The notes under the pieces: generated by a model
What the model was told of the DNA's origin: nothing
The model's input: the letters and a program-made list of their open reading frames with translations, nothing else
The model's database searches: none
Shown here: one piece after another, positions 50,410 to 62,562 of the stretch
Layout: every line of letters starts with the position of its first letter
Numbering within the stretch: the stretch's first letter is position 1
Assembly: GCF_037042905.1 (NCBI RefSeq)
Contig: NC_087245.1
Location: 32,738,001-32,802,000 of the forward strand
Direction of reading: 5' to 3'
DNA: 64,000 bases
Source of the DNA: Lytechinus pictus
Taxonomy: Eukaryota
Program-made: the position numbers and the translations under genes

Positions 50410-52072
50410 TGAAACTCATCCCACTGCTGCAGCTACACTGAGAACCACCCACCAATTCAAAATTCAAAACATGATCTGCTGCTTCATTGATTCAAAGTCA
50501 CTAATTCACATCATCTCGAAACAAGTCAATTGCCACAATCATATTATAGGTTGCTCATTATTTGTCAGACTTTATATTTTTCACACAGTATTTATTCCTT
50601 TAATTTGGCTTATAAACTTGCAGTTGGTATATAATTCACCCTTATCCATTTTATTTTTAAATAGGGGGCTGTGTTCATGTTTCACTGTGGTCTAACCTTC
50701 ACATAATACCCTCTTCACTGACACTACCTTTCTTAGAGATGAACATCTAAACTGTGTGCAGATGAATAACTTAGCATAACTGTGTAAAAAGAATCTCTTA
50801 AGCATTTATTCAAGCTATCAAAAGCTTTATGCTCAGGTTAATTCTCCCATATTACCTATATCTTTGTCATTATGAATGATTAACACAACTCTTCTTAGGT
50901 TGATAAGTAGGACTTTTATAAAATTCACAGTTCACAGATAAAGCATGCTGTATGCTTATTTTGGTCATGAAGTGGTGTAAAAAAAAGCCTGTACATCATC
51001 AATGAAAAATTGAAACACGTGCACCAGTGATTTCCTATATTAATATGAATGGTCTTAAAGTGGTATATTTGAGTCTAATTTCATCTGAGAACAAACTTCA
51101 TTTGTCACAGCTCATGAAAAAAAATATCTGAAAAGTCATCAGCTAAATTTAAGTTTTGGTATATCCTCCAAAATTGCATGTTATTTTTCCAATGACTTAC
51201 TAGATGATATAAAATTTGATAAATTTACAGATTTCTACATCAAAATCAATTTTGATCAGATCAAAATACATATGTGCATTACTAGTATTTTCATATATAT
51301 ATATATATATATATGAGGAATAGGTTGATACTTTCAGGATATAATTTGTGTGTGCTGCTTCTTATACCCAATCATTCACTTTGTAAAGATAAGTGCTCAA
51401 CAGATCTTTTTTGAAAGAAAAACACTTAACATTGTCGAGAGAGGGCGATAGGTATCTCAAAATTGAATATTTGAATTTCACAGAGAATCCATGGTTGAAA
51501 GTAAGGTGACTACACTTCTTTGTAAATTGGCATGTTAGATGATCTTTATTTCTTACCCTTTAGAAGCTTTAGCAAGGCTTTAAAACCTAGGAGAAATCAT
51601 TAACAATTCTGGAAATTTTGTAGCAGATAAAAGGGGAAAATAGTAAGGGTTGATCAAAATGAATTTTAATCGGAATGAACTGACCAACGCATATTGACTT
51701 GTTGTTTCTTATTGACTGTGTATGGTAAATTGCTAGTCTCAAAATGATTATTTTGAAATGTAATTATAAATAATACAGAGAACAAATTAGCATTTTTTTT
51801 CTTAAACAAACAAAAATACTTTTGAGAGGAAAAGTACTTGTTTTGCTACGTAGTTACATGTGGCATGGATGTATTTGGTGTTGAATTTGTGTGTTTTTAT
51901 TCAATTGGGCTTATATTACAAGACTACACTGCCACGTATTTTGCATCATGGGTTAGTAACCTGGCCGGATTTGAGTAATTGAGTACTTGAGGTGGCGCTA
52001 TACAAGGCTGTTGGTTTGTATTTCCTTTAACTGATGATAATTTTTTTTTATCTGTGCTTACCTGATCTGTAG

Positions 52073-52226
52073 GTTAGAGCGGACAATCGAGAAGCAGCGT
52101 GCAGAAATCCAGAGACTGAAAAAGAGTGGGGCAAGTCTTAGTGGCAGGACAAGTAGGTCTACTAGCCCCACCCACCCTCACATAGATAGGCAGATGTTGT
52201 CAAGGCAGTCTAGTGCTAGATTAAAG
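52073..52226 (+). CDS. Coiled-coil / CAP-Gly domain protein, exon 3
   Basis: ctgtag|...|gtaaga, 154 nt, phases 2 to 0. LERTIEKQRAEIQRLKKSGASLSGRTSRSTSPTHPHIDRQMLSRQSSARLK. Confidence 0.8.
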
Positions 52227-52994
52227 GTAAGATTAGAGACCCAGTTTTCTGGGTTTTTTTTTTTTAATGCTAATTCCATGCTGTTTTGTGTTCTGATCAT
52301 TGCATTTCATATTCTTTAGTGAGATGTACAAAGCACATGATAAAAGGAAATGTAATTAGTGAAAATCTAAAAAAACCATAATAAATCTTGGGGGAAAAGA
52401 ATAAAAAGATGATGCTTCACTAGATATGCTGCTTATTTTAAGGATTTTGCTATCATTTCATTTTTAATGCATTTATTGAAAATTCTAATTATTTGGCATG
52501 AAGAAATTGTGTTTTCCTTGAAATTCCATGTTCTTCCAGAATTCTGTAACTACATAGATTCATGACAAACAGATTCTTTTTATATTGGTCAAAACTTGAG
52601 TTAAAAGATTATAAGTTTTAGACATTAATATCTGTTTCATTCAGTTTAATTGTAGGGAGGTTGTGTTTAAATTTGTTTAATTGATATCTGATGAACGGAT
52701 TGTTTTAAATAATAATCGGTTGCAACCTATAATGAAAGAATACAAATTTTCATTCCAGAAATCTGCAGTCACTCCTGCTGTACTCCCCATGCAGCCTAAC
52801 GTGTATGTTCCTATAAGTTTTTGATAATTTTATTATCTTGAAACTTATAATGAAAGAGTACATATTTTCATGCTAAAAATCCGCAGAGTCACTCCTGCCG
52901 TTTTTCCATGCAGCCCATGCATGCTCCGATTAGTTTCTGATTAGTTTTTTTTCTTTTGCAAACCATAATGAAAGAGTACAAATTTTCATTCCAG

Positions 52995-53261
52995 AAACCT
53001 GCCGAGTCGCCCCTGCTGAGTTCCCCATGCAGCCTGTGTTCCTCGCCCCGCTCCCCATCACCGCCCCTCCCCAACTCCTTGGAGCTCTCCAGTGCTTCAT
53101 GTGGGTCTCTGGCAGAAATTCCATCAATGCCCCACCCTCAAGAGTCTCCAGTAGAGGATGGGGAGCCCCACCCAATATCATCATCATCATCAAATCTCTT
53201 GCCCAACCAACGTCTTGTGCTGGCTGAAGTTCATAGAGTGCCAAGTGTTACCAGCATACAG
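52995..53261 (+). CDS. Coiled-coil / CAP-Gly domain protein, exon 4
   Basis: ttccag|...|gtgggt, 267 nt, phases 0 to 0. Ser/Pro-rich KPAESPLLSSPC...EVHRVPSVTSIQ, within ORF 52956-53348. Confidence 0.8.
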
Positions 53262-54324
53262 GTGGGTCTGTTTGAATATTACGGAGTAATCGCTTCCACA
53301 ACGCACTTCGGATTCTCAAACACGGTGAATGTATTCAAAATGCCCTAGCAAATGACAATGAACAGCAGAGTGGTCTTTGTCGAATACTAGTGAACCGGAA
53401 CAGCAGTTTCGTCCAAAGTTTCGGAGCTGCGGGAAAATGGCAAAATGTCGTTTGTCCAGAGTCCGGGTGCCCGTTTCATAAAGCTGTTCGTAAGTTAAGA
53501 ACGACTGGTGATCCTTTCTTATGCACTAAACCATCGTCAATGAACATTTTGGTGTATACCATTCACCACAAGATAGGATCACCAGTCGTTCTTAAAGTCG
53601 CTCTTAACTTACGAACAGCTTTATGAAACACCCACCAGGACAAAACTGCTGTTTTGATTCACCAATTTTCGACAAAGTCTTTTTGGTTGTTCATTGTCAT
53701 GAATGGCATTTGACAATACATTTTCTATGTTCTTGAATCCGTTGTGTGTTGTAGAGCAAAAACACCCTATTGGGGCTTTAGCGAAGTAGTTTGTACCAAA
53801 ATTAAAGCAGCAGTTTGTTCAGATTTTTTGAAATATTATTTGTATTCAAAAGTGCCATCCAACCTATCCATTATTTGCAGCCAAATGTAATATTGTACCT
53901 AATTCTAAACAAATTTCATATTTTGTTTTTCGTACTTGACTCTATTAAAACAGTATATTATATCTTCATCCAATTGACATCACAAAAATGTAGGTTCCAG
54001 CTTTCTAATACAAGCTGCTGTATACTTATTACAATCGTTGGTACTAAGATCTGGGAGTCCTTTGCATAATATATTAGTAACTTTGCTATTATTTACGCAT
54101 ACATGTAGTGATAATTCATGGAATACTGAATTTTTATTGGCTGTTGAGTATGGCATGTTTCTCAATGGTTGATCAAAAGCAAATATTCCATAATGAGTCA
54201 TTAACAAAGTTCATATTAAATGTTCATAAAACAGGCCTTTAATTTTCACATTTCCAATGCCACGATTGACCTTAACATTTTGATCATTGATTTCTCTGAC
54301 CTGTGATCTTTGCCTTATGTTCAG

Positions 54325-54436
54325 AGTGATGTCCATTCACATGCCTCCACATTAGAAAGAAGGTCAATAGAGACTCGGCGTTTACCTTCAGAAGTGCCAG
54401 AAGGTGATATGTGTCTTCAGCAGCAGTACCAAGAAG
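54325..54436 (+). CDS. Coiled-coil / CAP-Gly domain protein, exon 5
   Basis: gttcag|...|gtgaga, 112 nt, phases 0 to 1. SDVHSHASTLERRSIETRRLPSEVPEGDMCLQQQYQE. Confidence 0.75.
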
Positions 54437-54822
54437 GTGAGAAACAGAAAGTTGTTAGGATGTTCAAGTGTACATGAAAGTTCGATACTATCTAAAAATC
54501 TAATATTCCTTTTTCATTCGTATTTTAATGTATTTTTTAATGTCCTAAACAGTTACTTTTTTAACTAATGACATTAAGGATTGCAGAAGATTTGCACTCA
54601 GGAATGTGAGTAATCAGTTGTCCAGGACTACTTGAAAACCTACTTTATAAGGGTTTACAAATTTCACACATTATAGAAATAAACTGAAATTCACCATGAA
54701 TATTGTTTAATCTTTCAGTGATCATTATTTCTATAACTTCTTATAAAACATAACTTCTCCCCAAAAATAATCATTATACATTTACATTCAAGAAAAAGCA
54801 AGAAAACAAATTGAAAACAAAT

Positions 54823-56507
54823 ACTAGAATTTTAATTCGTCATGAGGACGAATTAGGTGATCTGTCTCTGATTTCATGATCACGAAGACAATCAGCATGT
54901 TTATTGACATCAATACGATGATCATATTGAAAACTAAACTTCTATTACAAAAAGAACATGATGAATACTCTTGAAAAGAGAGAAATGAGAAACTTTGTAA
55001 AATAGATGTAAATGATACACATGGTACATGTACATGTTATATTAAAAGGATTTTTTAAACTATTTTATTGTGCAATGTTTTAACTTATATACCTTGTAAT
55101 GGTCATGAAGGACCATTTGTGAAATGTTGAAAAGAAAAAAAAAAAAAAAAATCTCATGTTCACCCCTGGGTTCCAACCCTCAACCTTAAGATTGCAAGTC
55201 TGTTCAACTGAGCTGCACTATTTCCCATAGACTTTTACACATAAGCACTATTTCCCATAGACTTTACACATAGCAAATTGAGAGGATCTCAAATCCAATT
55301 TTGCAAGTGAAATACGGGCATGATCTCGGCATCTGATTGGAAAATGAAGACCACATTGCGATAGCTTACAATCTCAGCTACAACATACTCCAAGCTCAGA
55401 GAAAACCGACAAAAAGAAATGGAGATATGGCTCGCGAAATAGAAGAATGTAAAATCCAGTTTTGAGAAAAAGTCATTTCCCATAGAGATTGCACACAAAA
55501 TGACATGCCTCTATAACTTGCCATTTTTCAGGATGATCCATTCCTTTAAAAGAAGTTATAGCCATCAAATTAAAAAGAGTATGTCCTCAGCTACAATATA
55601 TGAGAAACTGAGCAAAAATTGACCAATATTTATGGAGTTAGAGTCAAATTTGCATAATTATGATGACGTCATAAGTAGCAAAATGGGAATTTTGAGTTCC
55701 GACGCCATTTTGATGACGTCATGATAAAATTTCGGGTCAAATGTGACATGAAATCATATCTCCCGTCCATACTCTATTTGAATATGAAAACAAAATTGGG
55801 GGTCAACGGACTACCTGAAGAGCTATAATGAGTTTTGTATAGGCATGTTTTTGCACATATATTGTCTATGGTTAGTGCGCGCGCGCATGCGTGCTGTAAA
55901 CTTTGATGGAGGCTTATTCCGTTATTACTTGTCGTAAAAGGTTGATCAAGGTATCAAATTATTCAGAATTATATTATCAATGCATTGATATAAAGAAAAT
56001 GGCGACCCTATGCTCTATAGTGCCGTCACGCGCGAGAACGCGCGCGTAACCATGCGTGCGCGCAAATTTTTGAAATGCTTAAAATGACCTGATTCGTACT
56101 CTACTTTGGTCAAAAAGTGATTTTGAGCATTTTAAAATTTTGACGCGCGCGTCGTGACCTTTATATGACCTTTGATGACATGGACAGTTGACCCTTGACC
56201 TGAACTTAATGTGATGTAAATATTGTTAATTTTTTTAAATTGATAATGAAGATATGATTGATAATGTGATTTTACAAAATGGCGTCTAGATGACGTCATG
56301 ATGACCTTTTGACCTTGAACTTGTTTTATACACATCACATGATACGTCCCCATATCTGATGATATTCTGAAGATAATTGATGATGTAGATTTGGAGATTT
56401 TGTGCTAACTAGAAAAGGGCGGAAAATAAAGAAAAATAATAAATAAATAAAAAAGAAAATTTGTACGAAATTAATAGTTGATCTGTCGATTGACAGATCA
56501 CCTAATT
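54823..56507 (-). mobile_element. Helentron/Helitron-type non-autonomous element (second HINE family)
   Basis: Inverted AATTAGGTGATCTGTC (~54852) / GACAGATCACCTAATT (~56492); extra stem-loop GATCTGTC-GATT-GACAGATC and an A-rich microsatellite at one end; hairpin AATTCGTC..GACGAATT followed by CTAG at the other. Confidence 0.7.
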
Positions 56508-57669
56508 ACAGATGCACAGACATCTCTACATTAAAAACCACATTAAAGGGACCGGAATGTTATGGCTTATGACTTGTGTTTTTTTTATGTTGCCCAAATA
56601 ATTACATTTTATGTAGCACATGTATCTTTGTATTCAAGGCAGATAATTTTAGGCTATAGCCAATCAGTTTCCAACATCATCTTTTTTTTAATGCCTATTA
56701 CAACCTTTGATTTGTAGAAGATGTTTGGTACATGTATTCCCTGTGGCATAAATAGGCAGATTAAAAGTCACATGAAGCTCATGACTTGAACTTTCCATTC
56801 TAGTTCACAATCTGTTTATATTCATTTTCCTTTGGGAGCCATTTATAGGTCCATCAAATCTTTGCGTCTAGACTGTAGCAATTACTGAATCTGAAACTAC
56901 CATCTCGTTGAATCCTAATTTGTCTACTGCTAAACTTTGTTTCTATTTCATCTGATTTTCCAACGATGAATCTGTGAAGTTACCATTTTACTCTTTGTCC
57001 AGCGTTTACTGTCTGTTTAGGGGGGCCCGTTTCATAAAACTGTTCGTAAGTTAAGAGCGACTTTAAGAACGACTGGTGATCCGGTCTTACGTGCTAAACC
57101 ATCGCCAATGAACATTTTGGTGTACAAAATTTAACGCAAGAAAGGATCACCAGTCATTCTCAAAGTCGCTCTTAACTTACGAACAGCTTTATGAAACACC
57201 CACCAGGTCAAAATATTTGTGGTCGATTAACTTTGAAAATTCAAAGAAACATTAGAATGTATGTAGCCTTAATATCTGCAAAGATGGATGAAAAAATATG
57301 TGGGCTTTGACATGACAGAGCTTGTTTTATTTTGTCTAGTAAAATAACCAAAACTTTACACAAGACTAGAACAGTTACATTGTCTGCTAAGCTCCATGGA
57401 GCAAAGGATATAGAAAGTCAGTGAATAGATAAATGATGTTTGTCCCTTTTCCCCAATAGGTTGGATTTGACTTTTTAAATGATACATTTTCCATCCTTTG
57501 TATCAAAAGGGGGAATACCATTTTAAAAAATGAGGAGGGAGGGGGGGGGCAAGAAAGGGATCACCAGTGTATACTATTGAGTCATAAAGAGGGAGGTGCA
57601 ATGAGATGGTGCAAAAATTGCACAAGTTCATGTGTAGAAAATGATCGTAAATTGAAATTGATTTGACAG

Positions 57670-57779
57670 CTTGCCTAGCGAGGGAAGCTCTTGAGAATGA
57701 ACTCCTGAGAGTCAGAGCCGAGCTGGAAGAGGTCAGACTGGGGTCGAAGGTGAAAGACTGGTCACCGGGAGACAAAGAG
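57670..57779 (+). CDS. Coiled-coil / CAP-Gly domain protein, exon 6
   Basis: tgacag|...|gtagag, 110 nt, phases 1 to 0. (A)CLAREALENELLRVRAELEEVRLGSKVKDWSPGDKE. An alternative in-phase donor is possible 30 nt earlier (AAG|gtgaaa). Confidence 0.72.
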
Positions 57780-59588
57780 GTAGAGTGATATTCGCTTTGT
57801 GCAATTTTCATTGCAGTAGATATATATACATATACCGAGTTTGATACTTATTCTAGGTGAAATTAATCAGTTTTGTTTTTGTTTTGTCTTTAAAATGCAA
57901 GCAAAGTCAAATGTTTGGCTTCATCCCCGCATTGAGTATGTTGCTTATTGATATTGTCTCTTATACATTGTATAATGCAATTTTTATTTTAATAATTCAT
58001 TGTTGATTTACAACCTGTGTAATCAAACCAGTGCTTTCACTTTTCAAAACGAAACCTGGAATTTACTCTGAAAGTTACTGGAATTTTACAAAATATCTCG
58101 GAATTTTACAAATGTTTTACCAGTCTTTCATAAGATGTTATACTTCTCTTCTATACACAAAAAAGATGAAATATAGGGCCCAGTGCCGTAATGAGCCAAA
58201 CATTTTGAGGGGCGAAATATGACCAAAGACATATATTGGGCAAAAGAATTGCGAGCGAGCAAAAATGTTGACATTTTCATTACAAAGATCCAAGTTTGAG
58301 ATAGATTTTGACATAATATTCAGAAAATGATATCATTCTTGGACATGATAACTTCCTGGAAAACTTCCCAGAATTTCTCACTTCCCGAAATGATCTTGGA
58401 AAATAGCAAAACTTCCTGGAATTTCCTAGATTTCGGGAAGAGTGGAAGCACTAAATCAAACATTTGGCAAAGTTTTAATCAATGACGCGTGTGTGACTAT
58501 GAATTTCTTTTTGAAATGTTAAGCTATGATCTTGATGTATATCATATATATCCTGTATGTTCAGAAAAGTAGAATCATAATAAAAATGATGATGATGGAG
58601 CTACAGCCGGGGTAATATATAGTGCGCCATTGAATAGGAAACTAGATAAAATCGGCGCCTCATAAATGCTATATATTATCTTTATTATTATGATGATGAT
58701 ATGCAACATTTATATAGTCCCTGTACAAAATCTTTGGGAATTAAACAATTCTTTTGACAAGGGACCAGAGTCCTTCAGTTGCTTGACTAGGCCATGCAAT
58801 GCCGTGTTAATGGTAGCGACAATTTACCTGATATACTTTGTTGCAGTGAGCCTGTATATTTCATGAATAAGAAGTCAGGCAAGATTTAATCAGAGCCCTC
58901 TAAACTCTTTATCTTGAAAACCGGATATCAGAATAACCTATAATGCCCTGTCACTCTGATAAATCATAAAATTAATATATAGGAAGAATATGGTGCTAAA
59001 AGGTATTAAATTCATATATTTTTGAAACCGCACATCAGACTAACCCTTCATGACCTATCACTATGATAAATCACAAAGTGAATGCAAACATATAGAGAGA
59101 GTTCAGTTTCAAAATGCAGTACATCCAATTTCATTTCTTTCAAGAAAACTAACCTTTTCCCATATTTTGCACTGGCAGCTGTGGGTAGGTGAATAATGAT
59201 GACAATGTTACAAAAACAAAACAATTCCATCCCGATGGATGCTAAATATACCTATAATTGTCTACCTTTTATTTCCAAATAAAAAAAAACTGTGACTATA
59301 AAGCATACTCACCAAATAATGTACATTTAATTTTAATTAATCACAATTTCCTACACAGTATGTTGTGATATCAGGGTGTATGCATTTGTTATTTATTAGT
59401 GTTATTATTTACAATGAGAATTTTAAGGGGAAATTATTTTGTTGCCTCCATCAATTTCTTTTCCTTTACTTCAAAGGTAAGGAAAGAAGGAAATACTAAT
59501 TATAAGGATTGGATTGCCATTTGGAATCTAGATATACTTGCTATTTCATATTTTACTGTATCCCTATTTATTTCTGTCACTAATGCAG

Positions 59589-59731
59589 ACGGGAGGAGTG
59601 TGTGGATTTCAGATTGAAAATGAGATGTCTCCAACCCCATTACTGAAGAGAAGTCGGAGCCATAGCATCCAAGGGATTTCAGAAGTACCCCACCCACCCT
59701 TATCGCCAACACATGATAAACAGAATGAAGG
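59589..59731 (+). CDS. Coiled-coil / CAP-Gly domain protein, exon 7
   Basis: atgcag|...|gtaagg, 143 nt, phases 0 to 2. TGGVCGFQIENEMSPTPLLKRSRSHSIQGISEVPHPPLSPTHDKQNE(G). Confidence 0.75.
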
Positions 59732-60038
59732 GTAAGGCTTGTTTAGACTAACTCCCTCCCCCCTCCCACTCCCCGCTGCCAATAGCATTCATGGGATTTC
59801 AGAAGTACCCCCACACAACCTTATCACCAACACATGATAAACATAGTGAAGGGTAAGACACGTTTAGACCAACCCCCTCCCCCAATAGCATTCCTGTGAT
59901 TTGAGAATTACCCAACACACGATAAACAGAGTGAAGGGTAAGGCTTGTTTAGACCACCCCCTAGCATGGCAGGGGATTTCAGAAGTACCCCACCCACCTT
60001 TATCACCTACATATGATAAATAGAAAAAAGGTAATTAA

Positions 60039-60955
60039 AGGTCAAGTCCACCCCATAAAAATGTTGATTCGAATTGATAGAGAAAAATCAAACTAGCAAA
60101 ACGCTGAAAATTTCATCAAAATCGGATGTAAAATAAGAAAGTTATGACACTTTAAAGTTTTGCTTATTTTTCACAAAACAGTGATATGAACAACTCAAAT
60201 GAGAAAGTTGATGATGTCCCTCACTCACTATTTCTTTTGTTTTTTATTGTTTGAATTATACAATATTTCATTTTTTATAGATTTGACAATGAGGACAAAC
60301 TTGAATGAATCATATAGTTATTAAAAAATGCTCATTCCAGATGTTCAGGGAGGAATTAATTGCTGTTCATTTGACAATGAGGAGAAAAATAGAATATTCC
60401 CTATTTCATATAATAAAATACAAAAGAAATAGTGAGTGGATGACGTCATCGGTCTCCTCATTTGCATACCCACCAAGATGTGCATATAACTGTTTTGTGA
60501 AATTAAGCAAAACTTTAAAATGTCATAACTTTCTTATTTTACATCCGATTTTGATGAAATTTTCAGTGTTAAGTTTATTGGATTTTTCTCTTTTTATTCA
60601 AATAAACTTTTTGTTGGGGTGGACTTGTCCTGCAGTGGCGTACCTAGGATTTTCCACAGGGGGGGGCAAAACCGTTCGCCCAAAAATTTGACAAGCAAAA
60701 AAAAAAAAAAAAAAAGATCACAAATAAAGGACTCGTTCCAGGCAAAAAATTGACAAGCAAAAAAAAAAAAAAAAAAAAAGGTCTTCAAGCTCGTCAGGGG
60801 CATTAGAGGTCTTAAAGCTCATCAGGGGGGGGCAAAAAAGGTTTTTCAAGACCGTCAGGGGGGGCAAAGATACGTTTTTGCATGGGTTGTGACTCGTCAG
60901 GGGGGGGCAGAGTGCCCCCCTGCCCCCCCCCCCCCCCGTAGGTACGCTAGTGCCT
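60039..60955. mobile_element. Kolobok-like TTAA element, copy 2, with its right TIR split by a nested MITE (60633-60952)
   Basis: Homologous to 11499-12089, with TTAA at 60035-60038 and 60956-60959. CAGTGGCGTACCTA...TAGGTACGCTAGTG interrupts GGACTTGTCCT. Confidence 0.85.
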
Positions 60956-61769
60956 TTAAGGCTTGTTCAGACTAACTGCCTCTCCTCCCTCCCCCCCTCC
61001 TTCTCCCCATCTCGACTTTATGCATGACTGGAACATGTTCTTAGGTGCTAATCAGCTACATAGCGATTAGGCATTATCCATATAGTAATCTATGAAAAGG
61101 GAGCAAAAATACAAAATACAAGCGCACATGACCTTATACGCGCATTGCACCTTCATTTTTACTGAGCGCAATGAATTAAATCGTATTGTGACGTCACCTC
61201 CTAAAGCCATGCAACGGTACATTTTGGATGGTACGTCTTTTGTGCAACGGTACAAATGTTTGACATTCAGTCTCCCATTTGCTCGCGTACAAGCTAAGTA
61301 GACGTTGTACAATCAGCTACATAGGGATAAATTGTTTAGCGCAAGAAATGGTCACCAGTCATGTGTTAAGTCAATCATAACTTACGAACAGCTTTATGAA
61401 ACACCCACCTGGACCCATTATTCATAAAACAATAATAAGTCTAGTAATCACCTAATTGTGTAACATAGCCTTTATAATTAGGTGATAATTAGACTTACTT
61501 TGGTTTTGTGAATATGGGTCCAGGTGGGTGTTTCATAAAGCTGTTCGTATTAAAGTTAAGAGCGACTTAAAGAACGACTGGTGATCCTTTCTTGTGGAAA
61601 ATGCGGGGGGAAATGGTATATTCATTTACGATGGTTACTCGTGTAAGAAAGGTTCACCAGTCATTCGTAAAGTCACTCTTAACTTATGAACAGCTTTTTG
61701 AAACGGCCCCCAGATCCCCAACACATATACACAGCAGTATGTTTGGTTTTGATGCTTTAATTCCTGCAG

Positions 61770-61892
61770 ACTTCCACCTATAGCCAGTCCCAGGCAGGTC
61801 AGTCCTAGGAATCCAGACCCAACTAGTCCTATCAATAGAGGAGATGGGATCAGCAGCACAAGAACCAACAAAACGGAGAACAACCAGAACAA
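61770..61892 (+). CDS. Coiled-coil / CAP-Gly domain protein, exon 8
   Basis: ctgcag|...|gtaaag, 123 nt, phases 2 to 2. LPPIASPRQVSPRNPDPTSPINRGDGISSTRTNKTENNQN. Confidence 0.78.
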
Positions 61893-62343
61893 GTAAAGCA
61901 TCTCTTGATTTTTTGTTTCTGTAGTCTGACGTTTGAAGAAAAAGAAAAAAACACTGAAATAAATACAGGATTGGTCGCTATGTTTTCAAATTCATATGTG
62001 ATTATTGTCTTGGTACCTCTATTTTGATGAAAAATTCTATTAACCTACTATTTGTAACATTTTGCATGGCAATTGTCGGAGCCATTTCATAGAACCGAAT
62101 TGTCATAATACCAGTAAATGATGATTTTTTTTTTTCAGCACCTTAATTACTTCGGTTTAATCTAGCAAAAGTTTACTTAGTTTGTAATGTAGTATGATTT
62201 TAATGACTGTTCATATTCAAGAAATCGTTTTGTTTGATGTCTGCGATTAGATTTCTTTGATTTATCAAGCCGAAGAATAGATAATCAGTTTCTTCTAAAA
62301 TACCATAAGTTAAATTATCAATTCTCCTTTTTTTCTTTTACAG

Positions 62344-62474
62344 CCTGACTGTGAGACTTGAAGACCATGTGTTGATTAAAGGAGAGAGGACTGGCTTTGT
62401 CAGGTTTATTGGCCACCTAGAAAAGAGTTCAGTACCGAATACTGTATTTGTGGGACTACACCTAGATGCTCCAG
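62344..62474 (+). CDS. Coiled-coil / CAP-Gly domain protein, exon 9 (N-terminal half of the CAP-Gly domain); gene continues beyond the window
   Basis: ttacag|...|gtaata, 131 nt, phases 2 to 1. LTVRLEDHVLIKGERTGFVRFIGHLEKSSVPNTVFVGLHLDAP fits the CAP-Gly pattern V.V....G.VRFIG.......WVGVELD.P. Confidence 0.88.
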
Positions 62475-62562
62475 GTAATATTGTCATGTGACTGTTTTAA
62501 GTAGCCAGAGAACTTGTGGTGTTGGAAGATGATAAGATTTTATGTGTACTGGAATAAAGACA

